Assembly (NCBI GenBank): GCA_963716165.1
Contig: OY970291.1
Coordinates: forward strand, 3,564,827-3,588,826
Source: Terriglobia bacterium
GTDB taxonomy: Bacteria; Acidobacteriota; Terriglobia; Terriglobales; Acidobacteriaceae
Length of the DNA stretch: 24,000 nucleotides
Direction of reading: 5' to 3'
Shown here: piece by piece, positions 1 through 7,377 of the stretch
Layout of the letters: every line of letters begins with the position of its first letter
How positions within the stretch are numbered: the first letter of the stretch is position 1
Notes under the pieces: model-generated
Told to the model about the DNA's origin: nothing
The model's database searches: none
The model's input: only the letters and a program-made list of their open reading frames with translations
Program-made: the position numbers and the translations under genes

Positions 1-1260
1 AACACTACGACCGACGTGACCCTGCCGTTCCCAGTTGACGTTTTCTGCGCCGGCCTATCCTTCATGCCTGATGGCCGCTTGTTGGTCTCGGGTGGTCTTG
101 ACGATTTCCACTATCCCGCTGACTCCGGAATCGCCAACACAACTTTCTTTGATCCAACCACCAACCAATGGTCGGCGGGACCTTTGATGAACCTGACGCG
201 TTGGTATCCCACAACAGTTCCGATGCTGGATGGAACTATTTTGTCGGCATCTGGCACCGCCAATGATGGCATGCACATTCAGTTCCAGATGGAAACGTAC
301 AACCTGAAGACCAATACGTGGACGTTACTGCCCACGTCCGCAAACATGCCAGCGCCAAACGACACTTACCCACTCCTCACACTGATACCGAATGGGAGTT
401 TGTTCTACTCAGCCCCTCGCATCAACAATTTAGGTGGAGAACTCTATAACCCCAAAACTCAAGCTTGGAGCTTCGTCAGCAATTTGAACTTTGGCCCGCG
501 CGGACATGCAGCAACAGTTCTCCTGCCGAACTCTTCGAAAGTAATGATTGTCGGCGGCGGCTCAGCTACAAACGGAAATGGCGCTCCCACCGCAACCACG
601 GAGATCATCGACTTTTCGCAGACTAATCCTCAGTGGGTTTACGGCCCGTCGATGAATATCGCGCGCTACGATCACAACTTGATCTATCTCGCGGATGGAA
701 CATTGCTTGCAGTTGGCGGCAATCAGAATTCCGAATACGGCAACCCAATTGTCCAGCCGGAGCTTTACAACCCTACAACTCAGACCTGGACGTTGATGGC
801 ACCCCAAGTTGGAACTCGCGCTTACCACTCAACGGCCATTCTGTTGGCGGATGGAAGAGTCATGTCCGCAGGATCTGACAGCGGTATTGCTTTGGAAAAC
901 ACATACGAACTTTACAGCCCTCCGTATATGTCTTCCCCGACTCGTCCAGTGATCAGCTACTCGCCGAAGATGGTCCAGTACGGCAAAACGTTTACCATCA
1001 GAACGCCTCAGGCGGCAACAGTTAGCCGTATTGCGCTCATTCGACCGGCGGCCACGACCCACGCAGTCCATATGGACGATCAGTACTACATCGATCTCAC
1101 ATGGACCAATGCTTCGATTACGGCCAGTGGTGGGGGCGGCTCCTTGACTGTATCGGCCCCTAAACTGCCTAACATCGCGCCTCCGGGTTATTACATGCTT
1201 GTAATCCTGGACGCGAACGGAATTCCATCGATTATGCCGTTCGTTCTGCTTCAACAGTAG
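1..1260 (+). CDS. Galactose oxidase / glyoxal oxidase-like enzyme, C-terminal portion (Kelch-type propeller + DUF1929/E-set domain); 5' end lies outside the window
   Basis: Frame 1 is open from base 1, so the listed ORF 16..1260 only starts at an internal GTG. It has repeated Gly-Gly blade motifs (VSGGLDD, MIVGGGS, LLAVGGNQ, VMSAGSD). The C-terminal RIALIRPAATTHAVHMDDQ...PPGYYMLVILDANGIPS is typical of the galactose-oxidase C-terminal Ig-like domain. A hairpin plus T-run follows the stop. Confidence 0.8.
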   Translation, partial: NTTTDVTLPFPVDVFCAGLSFMPDGRLLVSGGLDDFHYPADSGIANTTFFDPTTNQWSAGPLMNLTRWYPTTVPMLDGTILSASGTANDGMHIQFQMETYNLKTNTWTLLPTSANMPAPNDTYPLLTLIPNGSLFYSAPRINNLGGELYNPKTQAWSFVSNLNFGPRGHAATVLLPNSSKVMIVGGGSATNGNGAPTATTEIIDFSQTNPQWVYGPSMNIARYDHNLIYLADGTLLAVGGNQNSEYGNPIVQPELYNPTTQTWTLMAPQVGTRAYHSTAILLADGRVMSAGSDSGIALENTYELYSPPYMSSPTRPVISYSPKMVQYGKTFTIRTPQAATVSRIALIRPAATTHAVHMDDQYYIDLTWTNASITASGGGGSLTVSAPKLPNIAPPGYYMLVILDANGIPSIMPFVLLQQ

Positions 1261-1279
1261 TTAGGAAAGTTTTCAACAA

Positions 1280-1317
1280 CCGTCCTATCGCCAGTTGCGA
1301 TGAGGACGGTTTTTTTT
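1280..1317 (+). terminator. Rho-independent terminator after the oxidase-like gene
   Basis: CCGTCCT (1280-1286) pairs with AGGACGG (1303-1309) and is followed directly by T8 (1310-1317), about 20 nt after the stop codon. Confidence 0.6.
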
Positions 1318-1418
1318 GCGCACTGAAAATAAACTATGGGGGTTCGACCCGATGTACTTTCATCTCACGCGGCGTTACAATCCACCTTTCGCGGCTTATT
1401 CGTTTAGGAGAGAAATTA

Positions 1419-2951
1419 ATGAAGCGCACCTCCCTCGCAATTGGCATAACGATCCTCGCCTTGCTGACGTCCATGACAATGGCGCAGGAATCCGATCAAA
1501 GCTCTAACGCCATCATCAACATCAACGTTAGTCGCACGATTGAGACAGTGAACTACTGGTCTCGTGGTTCCACAAAAGTCGATTTCACCGGCACGGCGCT
1601 CATGCCTCGCGCTTCCGGCAAGGCCGATGTCTCTGCCAAAAATGGCTCCCTGACGATCGACGCACAATTTGAGGGACTGACTGATCCGTCATCATTTGGC
1701 GCTTCCTATCTGGTCTATGTTCTCTGGGGCATTACGCCGGAGGGCCACACTACTAACCTCGGCCAGTTGGTCATGAAAGATGACAAGTCGAAGCTGCAGG
1801 TCACGACTAAGCTCCAGACTTTCGGAATGATCGTTACCGCCGAGCCTTATTTCGCGGTTGCATTTCCAAGCGAAGACGTTGTTATGGCTAACACGATCCG
1901 AAAGGACACCCGCGGATCGGTAACTCCAGTTAACGCACAGTTCGAATTACTGAAGCGCGGTAAATATTCGACGGCGAACCTGCCGCCGCTGCCGGCTGAC
2001 CGGGCTCCGTTGGATCTGCAGCAGGCCCGCAACGCCGTCGCAGTCGCCAAATGGCAACAGGCTGATAAGTATGCGACGGACTCTTTTGCTAAAGCGCAAC
2101 AATCTCTGGCGCAGGCGGAAGACTATTTCAGACGCAAACAGAAGAATTCAATTTCGACTGTCGCTCGGCAGACAGTGCAAGCTGCGGAGGATTCGCGCGC
2201 GATTTCCGTTCGCCGACAGGAACAGGAGAAACTCGCCGCCGACCAGGCTGCTTCGCAAGCTCAAGTAGATCAGGCGAAACAGGCGGCGGATGCAGATGCG
2301 GCAGCTCGCGCTCAAGCGGAGCAGCAGAAAGCCGACGCCGAAGCTGCGCAGGCACGCGAAGCTCAAGCTCGTCAGCAGGCTGAAGCATCCCAGGCTCAGG
2401 AAGCCCAGGCCCGCGCTCAGGCAGAACAACAGAAAGCCGCAGCCGATGCTGCGGCAGCAAGTGCAAGTGCAGCAGCTGCCAAGTCCGAACAGGAAAAACA
2501 GGAACTGCGCGCTAAGTTGCTGGAGCAGTTCAATCGTGTTCTTCCGACGACGGACACTCCTCGCGGCCTCGTTGTGAACATGGGCGACGTCCTGTTCGAT
2601 GTGGGTAAGGCCGACTTGCGTCAATCGGCGCGTGAAGCGTTGGCCAAACTTTCCGGCATCGTTTTGAACTATCCAACATTGACTCTGACCGTTGAAGGTC
2701 ATACGGACAGCACGGGCACCGCCGATTTCAATCAGACGCTTTCGGAACATCGTGCCGGCGGAGTTCGCGATTATCTCGTCCAGCAAGGATTGCCGGCTGC
2801 GTCCATCACCGCGACAGGCATGGGAGAAGCGAATCCAGTAGCCGACAACTCCACCGCAGCCGGGCGCCAGAAGAATCGCCGGGTTGAGATCATTGTTTCC
2901 GGCGAAGTGATTGGCAGCAAGATCGGACAAGCTGCGCCGACACCGCAGTAA
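1419..2951 (+). CDS. OmpA-family envelope protein: signal peptide, helical DUF4398-like segment, Ala/Gln-rich coiled-coil spacer, C-terminal OmpA-like peptidoglycan-binding domain
   Basis: AGGAG lies 8 nt upstream of the ATG. The N-terminus MKRTSLAIGITILALLTSMTMA looks like a signal peptide. The C-terminus LTVEGHTDSTGTADFNQTLSEHRAGGVRDYLVQQG...GMGEANPVADNSTAAGRQKNRRVEIIV is the classic OmpA_C motif set. A terminator follows. Confidence 0.9.
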   Translation: MKRTSLAIGITILALLTSMTMAQESDQSSNAIININVSRTIETVNYWSRGSTKVDFTGTALMPRASGKADVSAKNGSLTIDAQFEGLTDPSSFGASYLVYVLWGITPEGHTTNLGQLVMKDDKSKLQVTTKLQTFGMIVTAEPYFAVAFPSEDVVMANTIRKDTRGSVTPVNAQFELLKRGKYSTANLPPLPADRAPLDLQQARNAVAVAKWQQADKYATDSFAKAQQSLAQAEDYFRRKQKNSISTVARQTVQAAEDSRAISVRRQEQEKLAADQAASQAQVDQAKQAADADAAARAQAEQQKADAEAAQAREAQARQQAEASQAQEAQARAQAEQQKAAADAAAASASAAAAKSEQEKQELRAKLLEQFNRVLPTTDTPRGLVVNMGDVLFDVGKADLRQSAREALAKLSGIVLNYPTLTLTVEGHTDSTGTADFNQTLSEHRAGGVRDYLVQQGLPAASITATGMGEANPVADNSTAAGRQKNRRVEIIVSGEVIGSKIGQAAPTPQ

Positions 2952-2971
2952 AGCTAAAGCAGGAATATAAA

Positions 2972-3017
2972 TGCCCGCCTTCGTCGCGAGGTCTGCGATG
3001 AGGCGGGCAATTTTTTG
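2972..3017. terminator. Hairpin terminator between convergent genes (OmpA-family gene and small minus-strand ORF)
   Basis: TGCCCGCCT (2972-2980) pairs with AGGCGGGCA (3001-3009), followed by T6 (3011-3016) on the plus strand. The minus-strand side is only moderately T-rich. Confidence 0.65.
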
Positions 3018-3030
3018 GGGGTAAGAATTC

Positions 3031-3294
3031 TTAAGAACTCATCGACGGAGGACTAACGTCCTCGTAACGCAGAAAAAATAGGTGGGACTTAGAGCAGATG
3101 AATCCGACCATATTACCTTCCCAGAAATCATCGCCGCCGAGCTTAGTTTCGAAGGCGATTTTTCCTGCCAACATGGCAGTATCTTCATCAGCGCAAAGAG
3201 GGCAAATTACTTTGGGCAGGCCAACCAACGTCTCAAATTTAACGCCACCAGTTGAGCCGAGACTTCCGTGTCGCGAAAAACGATCGCCAGACAT
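3031..3294 (-). CDS. Small hypothetical protein (87 aa) with CPLC ... CSKSH motif (possible zinc-ribbon-like), downstream of the Crp/Fnr gene
   Basis: The ATG at 3294 is preceded by GAGG with 6-nt spacing. It lies 42 nt after the Crp/Fnr stop on the same strand. The listed ORF start at 3336 is a TTG directly abutting the upstream stop, so the ATG is preferred. I recognise no family. Confidence 0.45.
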   Translation of the reverse strand: MSGDRFSRHGSLGSTGGVKFETLVGLPKVICPLCADEDTAMLAGKIAFETKLGGDDFWEGNMVGFICSKSHLFFLRYEDVSPPSMSS

Positions 3295-3336
3295 TGTGCG
3301 CCTCGTTCTAACAAATCCAATCAGAACGCAAAACAA

Positions 3337-4104
3337 TTACTGAACTTCACTGTCCCAGGTTGTGAGCTGGCGTTGAAGCTGGCCGTAACATTCACAGCTG
3401 GCAGTTTCAAGGCCCTTGCGATCCAGAATAGTGACGTGCCCGCGAACATACTCAATCAGCCGCGCTTTTTGCAGAGAAGCAGCAGCCAGCGAAACACTGG
3501 ACCGCCTCGTGCCGAGCATCTGCCCGAGGAATTCCTGAGTCAACGGCAAGTCATCGGAATCGATGCGATCACGCGACATCAGCAGCCAGCGCGCGAGCCG
3601 CTCTTCGACCTCATGCAGGCGGTTGCAAGCTGCGGTCTGCGTAACTTGCAAAGCGGCCTTCTGCGAATACTGGACAAGCGCCTTTAAAAGCTGCGGACAC
3701 TTTACCAGCGTCTCTTGCAGATCTGCAGCGCTAATTCTAAAGACGCTGCCCGCAGCCTGAATATTGACCCTGTACGGACTGGTGCGGAAACCACCCAGTA
3801 GCGGCAGTCCCACAAATCCTTCCTTGCCGACGATGCCAACTTCAACGCTTTTGCCGTCGCTCATCAATGTGAGCACGGAGATCATCGCGGTGTTCGGAAA
3901 GTAGGCATACAGCATGGGATCGCCCGCTTCAAGCAGGAGATGTTCGAGGCTAAGGTCCATGAACGTGAGCTTATCGAAAATAAAATTAGATTCCCTGCTC
4001 GGCAAATCCTTCAGCAGGAAATTTCGTATCTCTTTCCCGTTAGAACCAGGTTGGGTGGGAGCTAGGTTGTCGACTGTCGTATTCAACGTGCGTGATTTCG
4101 CCAT
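3337..4104 (-). CDS. Crp/Fnr-family transcriptional regulator (cNMP-binding beta-barrel + C-terminal HTH)
   Basis: The HTH segment is LTQEFLGQMLGTRRSSVSLAAASLQKARLIEYVRGHVTILDRKGLE, and the N-terminal barrel includes GDPMLYAYFP...GIVGKEGFVG. The ATG at 4104 is preceded by AAGGAG, so it is preferred over the upstream alternative start of the listed ORF (4152). Confidence 0.85.
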   Translation of the reverse strand: MAKSRTLNTTVDNLAPTQPGSNGKEIRNFLLKDLPSRESNFIFDKLTFMDLSLEHLLLEAGDPMLYAYFPNTAMISVLTLMSDGKSVEVGIVGKEGFVGLPLLGGFRTSPYRVNIQAAGSVFRISAADLQETLVKCPQLLKALVQYSQKAALQVTQTAACNRLHEVEERLARWLLMSRDRIDSDDLPLTQEFLGQMLGTRRSSVSLAAASLQKARLIEYVRGHVTILDRKGLETASCECYGQLQRQLTTWDSEVQ

Positions 4105-4245
4105 GTCGGCTCCTTGAGAATTACAGCGAACGATCGCTGTCAGATTTCGCAAGGAAAACCGACCTTTTCAGGGGATTCGGCCCAAGATGCTAGATGAGAC
4201 TACTCAAGCCTACGTGGCAATTGAATCTATGTCTGTTCGATAACG

Positions 4246-4261
4246 TACACATTTCTGTGTA
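4246..4261. promoter_or_regulatory. Perfect palindrome TACACA-tttc-TGTGTA in the divergent Crp/Fnr - receiver intergenic region; candidate operator
   Basis: The 6+4+6 inverted repeat was read directly from the sequence. Its binding factor is unknown. The half-site order is inverted relative to the classical CRP site TGTGA-N6-TCACA. Confidence 0.25.
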
Positions 4262-4319
4262 TGGCGATTTGAGATGACCAGCGGTAAAAAAGGAGTTGAG
4301 GCGCTGATTCGAGGCGTAT

Positions 4320-4688
4320 GTGACTTCCATTTTGATCATCGACGATAGCCCCGATGTTCGCCGATGCATGCGAAGGTTCTTGGAGGAGCAACCTGACTGG
4401 ATAGTCTGCGGAGAATCCGAAAATGGCCGCGAAGGCATCCTCAAAGCTCGGCAACTCAAGCCAGACATTATTCTTATCGACCTCAGCATGCCGGTGATGA
4501 ACGGCCTCGAACCTGCGCGCGAATTGAAACGCATGATGCCAAAGACTCCCTTAGTGATGTGGACACTTTCTCCGACTGCGATGATCGAACAGGCAGCAAT
4601 GGATGCTGGGATCAGTTTGGTATGCACGAAGATGGATGCCGCCGCGCCGCTGATCCAAGGGATACAGAAGTTGTTAGAGGCGTCGTAG
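4320..4688 (+). CDS. Stand-alone response-regulator receiver (CheY-like) protein
   Basis: The sequence ILIIDDSPDVRR...KPDIILIDLSMPVMNG...LVMWT...CTK carries the acidic pair, phospho-acceptor Asp, Thr and Lys in canonical order. There is no output domain. The start is GTG, with GAGG 5 nt upstream. Confidence 0.85.
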   Translation: MTSILIIDDSPDVRRCMRRFLEEQPDWIVCGESENGREGILKARQLKPDIILIDLSMPVMNGLEPARELKRMMPKTPLVMWTLSPTAMIEQAAMDAGISLVCTKMDAAAPLIQGIQKLLEAS

Positions 4689-4698
4689 GATCGGTCAA

Positions 4699-4731
4699 CC
4701 CCACTTCTCGCAAGCGCAGCGAGAAAGGGGG
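4699..4731. terminator. Hairpin between convergent genes (receiver gene and GloVer-repeat gene), possible bidirectional terminator without a clear U-tract
   Basis: CCCCacTTCTCGC (4699-4711) pairs with GCGAGAAagGGGG (4719-4731), giving 7 bp + 4 bp around a 2x2 internal mismatch and a 7-nt loop. The flanks are not strongly T-rich. Confidence 0.35.
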
Positions 4732-4757
4732 TCTGCATTCGCCGACAGCTTCACATA

Positions 4758-6005
4758 TTACGGTGTAACTTCATAGACGACGCCGCATCCGCTGTTGCAT
4801 GGATCTTTAATTGGTGACGGCGTTCCGCCATCGAGCATGGTTCCATAAAGATTTCCCGCCGAATCGAGAGCAATATTGCCGTAGGAGTTATAGCCGCCGG
4901 CATCGCCATTGAAATTAGCAACGTTCGAAAAATTCCATCCTCCGCTACCGTTCGGCGACAACTTGTAAATGCTGTTGAAAGCGGCACCGTAGATATTCCC
5001 ACTGCCATCCCAGGTGAGGCCGTTCGGAGTGCACCCGTCACCTGCATCCTCAAAGGTATGAAGAATGTTGTACTGCCAACCGCCGCCAGCGAGTGGCGAC
5101 TCTTCCCACACTACTCCGCAGCCAAAGTTATTGAGGCTGTTGCCGCCGTAGAGAGTAGTCCCGTAAATTTTTCCGGCTGCATCCAAAAGAAGATTTCCGG
5201 CCGCGCCCGCGCCATCCGGCGCTCCGCTGAAGGTGTGCACATTCGTAAATTTCACCCCGCCGCTCGGATTTGCTGACAATTCGAAAAGCGTTCCGCAATT
5301 GCAGTTGTCTCCAACACCGCCGTAGAGTGTGCCGTAAAGTTTGCCGGAAGGATCAACTGCGACGCTAGCGTAGTAGGGAATGTCTTCCGTAGAGAACGTG
5401 TACAGTGTCTGCTCAATCCATTTACCAGATCCATTCCGGGAGACCTTGAATACCGTCGGCGCCAGTCCTTTGGGACTGAATTTCGTCATACCGTAGACAC
5501 TGCCGGCGCTATCCAGCGTGACGGCGTAGGGGCCGATTCCGTCCGTTTTCCCGTTAAACGAATGAACGATGCTGGCAATCCATCCGCCTTTTCCGTTCGG
5601 CGTTAATTCGACTATTTGTCCTTCATTGCCGACGCCGTGTTTAAGTTCGGAAATAAAGAGATTTCCCGATGAATCGAGGGTGATGCCGGAAGGATCTCCG
5701 CCTGTCGCGCCGCCCGGAAATATGGTGGTCGCGCTCTCAGTCCATCCCCCAGTGAGGGCAGGAGAGAATTGAAAAAAAACGCCGCAACCCAGATTTGCGC
5801 CACACTCCGTATTTCCACCTTGGGAAGTTGCTCCGTAAAGATTGCCCGTCACGGGATCCAAGACGATGCCGGTGTAAGGAAACATACCGTCGGCTGCGCC
5901 GGTGAAGGAGTGCAGAACCGTTTCCGTTCCCTGTGCCCAAGCACCTGCGGTAAGTGCGACGAGCAAAAGCAAAAACAAGAAGGAGAAATGTTTGGTGGTT
6001 TCCAT
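4758..6005 (-). CDS. Secreted protein built of seven GloVer-type (Gloeo_Verruco, TIGR03803-like) tandem repeats; probable beta-propeller
   Basis: The internal ATG at 6005 gives METTKHFSFLFLLLLVALTAGAWAQG, a signal peptide, with AGGGA upstream. There are seven ~55-aa repeats of the pattern hHsF.g..DG..P...l..D..GnLYGtt..GG...CG.vFe. The part of the listed ORF upstream of this ATG has no secretory or repeat character. Confidence 0.7.
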   Translation of the reverse strand: METTKHFSFLFLLLLVALTAGAWAQGTETVLHSFTGAADGMFPYTGIVLDPVTGNLYGATSQGGNTECGANLGCGVFFQFSPALTGGWTESATTIFPGGATGGDPSGITLDSSGNLFISELKHGVGNEGQIVELTPNGKGGWIASIVHSFNGKTDGIGPYAVTLDSAGSVYGMTKFSPKGLAPTVFKVSRNGSGKWIEQTLYTFSTEDIPYYASVAVDPSGKLYGTLYGGVGDNCNCGTLFELSANPSGGVKFTNVHTFSGAPDGAGAAGNLLLDAAGKIYGTTLYGGNSLNNFGCGVVWEESPLAGGGWQYNILHTFEDAGDGCTPNGLTWDGSGNIYGAAFNSIYKLSPNGSGGWNFSNVANFNGDAGGYNSYGNIALDSAGNLYGTMLDGGTPSPIKDPCNSGCGVVYEVTP

Positions 6006-6178
6006 GACAGTCGTTCCCTTTCGATAAAAGCAGAGAAACAATCGGACAGTATCAGCTGCCCTGCGCGGGAGAGCGCTGAGCAGATGCGAGAAATCTCGCG
6101 CATCCAACGATATCTCACGAAAGCTGCCCCTGCAAGGCGAAAGCGGGCAACTCTTATTAAAAATTAACGCTAATTTTT

Positions 6179-6604
6179 TTATCCCTTCCACGGATTGATG
6201 ACAGGCACGCCGCTGACTTCAGCATGACTCGTATCCCGAGTCGCTAATGTCAAATCGTAGTGCAGTGCAGTGGCGGCCAGCAGCGCATCAATCACCGCGA
6301 TAGGAGATTTTTTCGCGGCGGGGCTTCCGCAGATTCTTCCCCAACGATTCGCAACGGCTGAATCAATCGGCAGGATGCGTCTCGAGAAGCGCGACGCCAG
6401 ATCATTGTCCAGCCAGGATTCGAGTGCAGCGCGTCGAGTGGCATCGGAGACACTCGTGATGCCTTTGCGGATTTCTCCCAGTGTCAACACGCTCAGGTAG
6501 AGAGAGTTTTCGTCGGTGGACTCGATCCATGCGACGACTCGCAGATCGGGTCGAGGCTTGATCAATTCGGAGATGATGTTGGTGTCGAGGAGAAATCCGG
6601 ACAT
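6179..6604 (-). CDS. vapC: Type II toxin VapC (PIN-domain ribonuclease)
   Basis: FLLDTNIISELIKP...LSVLTLGEIRKGI...IDALLAATALHYDLTLATRD is the typical PIN/VapC (FitB-like) acidic-residue layout. GAGGAA lies just upstream of the ATG. The gene is downstream of an antitoxin gene on the same strand. Confidence 0.9.
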   Translation of the reverse strand: MSGFLLDTNIISELIKPRPDLRVVAWIESTDENSLYLSVLTLGEIRKGITSVSDATRRAALESWLDNDLASRFSRRILPIDSAVANRWGRICGSPAAKKSPIAVIDALLAATALHYDLTLATRDTSHAEVSGVPVINPWKG

Positions 6605-6645
6605 GTTTCCTCAGCGGCTAAAGCCGTCGAATTTACTGCTTTAAC

Positions 6646-6665
6646 CGCAGCGCTAAACCGCTGCG
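6646..6665. repeat. Inverted repeat / hairpin CGCAGCG-ctaaac-CGCTGCG inside the 97-nt spacer between the antitoxin and vapC
   Basis: A perfect 7-bp stem was read from the sequence. A second, weaker hairpin CGGC-taaa-GCCG lies at 6615-6626 with a similar TAAA-type loop. This looks like a REP-like element. Confidence 0.4.
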
Positions 6666-6701
6666 CCACCCAAAATCCAGAACCGCCCAACAGCTATCTA
6701 G

Positions 6702-6977
6702 CTACAACTCGACTTCGCGTCCGTAGTCGGGCTTGCGGCCGAGATCGAGCTTTACCCCAGCCAACGGAGAGCCGGCAAAAAATTTCACCAGGCTCTGCGG
6801 ATCCCGTGGACGCGCCGTCAATCGCTCAAATTCCTCAATATGCACGATCACGACAGCGTCTTTTCCCTGACGAGTTACATACTGCGGACCTTCGGCCTCG
6901 GCTCTTCGCACTAGCTCGCTGAATCGCGCCTTCGCGATTTGGAGTTGCCAGCGTTTTTTAGTTTTGAGCGTTTTCAT
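6702..6977 (-). CDS. Type II antitoxin (Phd/YefM-like N-terminal fold), partner of VapC
   Basis: WQLQIAKARFSELVRRAEAEGPQYVTRQGKDAVVIVHIEEFERL matches the Phd/YefM-type antitoxin pattern. The ATG at 6977 is preferred. The alternative TTG at 7007 would add MGYNLTRLTR, which is encoded by the tandem 9-bp repeat. Confidence 0.8.
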   Translation of the reverse strand: MKTLKTKKRWQLQIAKARFSELVRRAEAEGPQYVTRQGKDAVVIVHIEEFERLTARPRDPQSLVKFFAGSPLAGVKLDLGRKPDYGREVEL

Positions 6978-7001
6978 TCTAGTCAGTCTAGTCAGATTAT
7001 A
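6978..7001 (-). promoter_or_regulatory. Candidate promoter/operator of the antitoxin-vapC operon: perfect TATAAT plus two tandem 9-bp direct repeats
   Basis: On the minus strand the sequence reads TATAAT (7001-6996), then CTGACTAGA CTGACTAGA (6995-6978), then ATG (6977). There is no Shine-Dalgarno sequence between them, which implies a very short leader. Confidence 0.4.
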
Positions 7002-7058
7002 CCCCAACCCATTCCAAACGAAATGACACCATTGTTGAGCGGGGCATAACTATTACCG

Positions 7059-7080
7059 GCACCTAAAAAGGTGCTATAAA
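7059..7080 (+). promoter_or_regulatory. Candidate operator + -10 box of the Phd/YefM-ParE/RelE operon (near-leaderless layout)
   Basis: The perfect inverted repeat GCACCT-aaaa-AGGTGC (7059-7074) abuts TATAAA (7075-7080). The ATG at 7087 is only 6 nt downstream of the -10 and has no SD. Confidence 0.4.
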
Positions 7081-7086
7081 TAGGCT

Positions 7087-7377
7087 ATGCTCGACATCAC
7101 CAAGGACATTCAATCCCTTACGACGTTCCGGCGGCGCTCCGGCGACTTCATGAAGCAGCTCAAGAAGAGCAAGCGGCCTGTGGTGCTCACCGTGAAGGGC
7201 AAAGCCGCTGCGATCGTGCAGGACGCCGAAGCTTATCAGCGCCTGCTCGATATAGCCGCATCCGCCGATGTGGACGAGGGCATCCGTCAGGGACTTGATG
7301 ATGTAGCGCACGGACGCACTCTCCCGGCAAGAGAGGCTTTCGAACGCATTCGCCGCAAATATGACATATCGCGTTGA
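7087..7377 (+). CDS. Type II antitoxin, Phd/YefM family
   Basis: SLTTFRRRSGDFMKQLKKSKRPVVLTVKGKAAAIVQDAEAYQRLLD is the canonical Phd/YefM N-terminal pattern. It overlaps the downstream toxin gene by 17 nt. Confidence 0.9.
   Translation: MLDITKDIQSLTTFRRRSGDFMKQLKKSKRPVVLTVKGKAAAIVQDAEAYQRLLDIAASADVDEGIRQGLDDVAHGRTLPAREAFERIRRKYDISR

Noticed and set aside
1336-1360. GGGGGTTCGACCC resembling a tRNA T-loop
   Set aside because: There is no complementary T-stem, acceptor stem or anticodon arm around it. It lies between a terminator and the next gene's RBS.
1316-1507. 63-aa plus-strand ORF spanning the intergenic region and the start of the OmpA-family gene
   Set aside because: It starts in the terminator T-run region, overlaps the well-supported OmpA start in another frame, and has no RBS.
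2226-2470. Repetitive GCx/CAG-rich DNA that could be mistaken for a tandem repeat or CRISPR-like array
   Set aside because: It is an in-frame, imperfect low-complexity coding repeat (Ala/Gln/Glu coiled coil). It has no regular repeat-spacer periodicity.
2148-2930. 260-aa minus-strand ORF (and the 2128..2466 and 2290..2577 ORFs) inside the OmpA-family gene
   Set aside because: These are antisense or alternate-frame shadows of a GC- and Ala/Gln-codon-rich region. Their products are low-complexity Cys/Leu/Arg/Ser strings with no domain character, while the plus-strand frame has clear OmpA motifs.
3268-3687. 139-aa plus-strand ORF (and 3563..3760, 3914..4117) opposite the Crp/Fnr gene
   Set aside because: These are antisense shadows. 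The Crp/Fnr frame has clear cNMP-binding and HTH motifs and a strong RBS.
4190-4738. 182-aa minus-strand ORF opposite the receiver gene
   Set aside because: The plus-strand frame encodes a textbook CheY-like receiver. The minus-strand product has no recognisable features and would run through the divergent promoter region.
6159-6178. AAAAATTA-acgc-TAATTTTT palindrome immediately after the vapC stop as a terminator
   Set aside because: The stem is entirely A/T (8 bp) and thermodynamically weak. It may help termination, but I could not support a confident terminator call.
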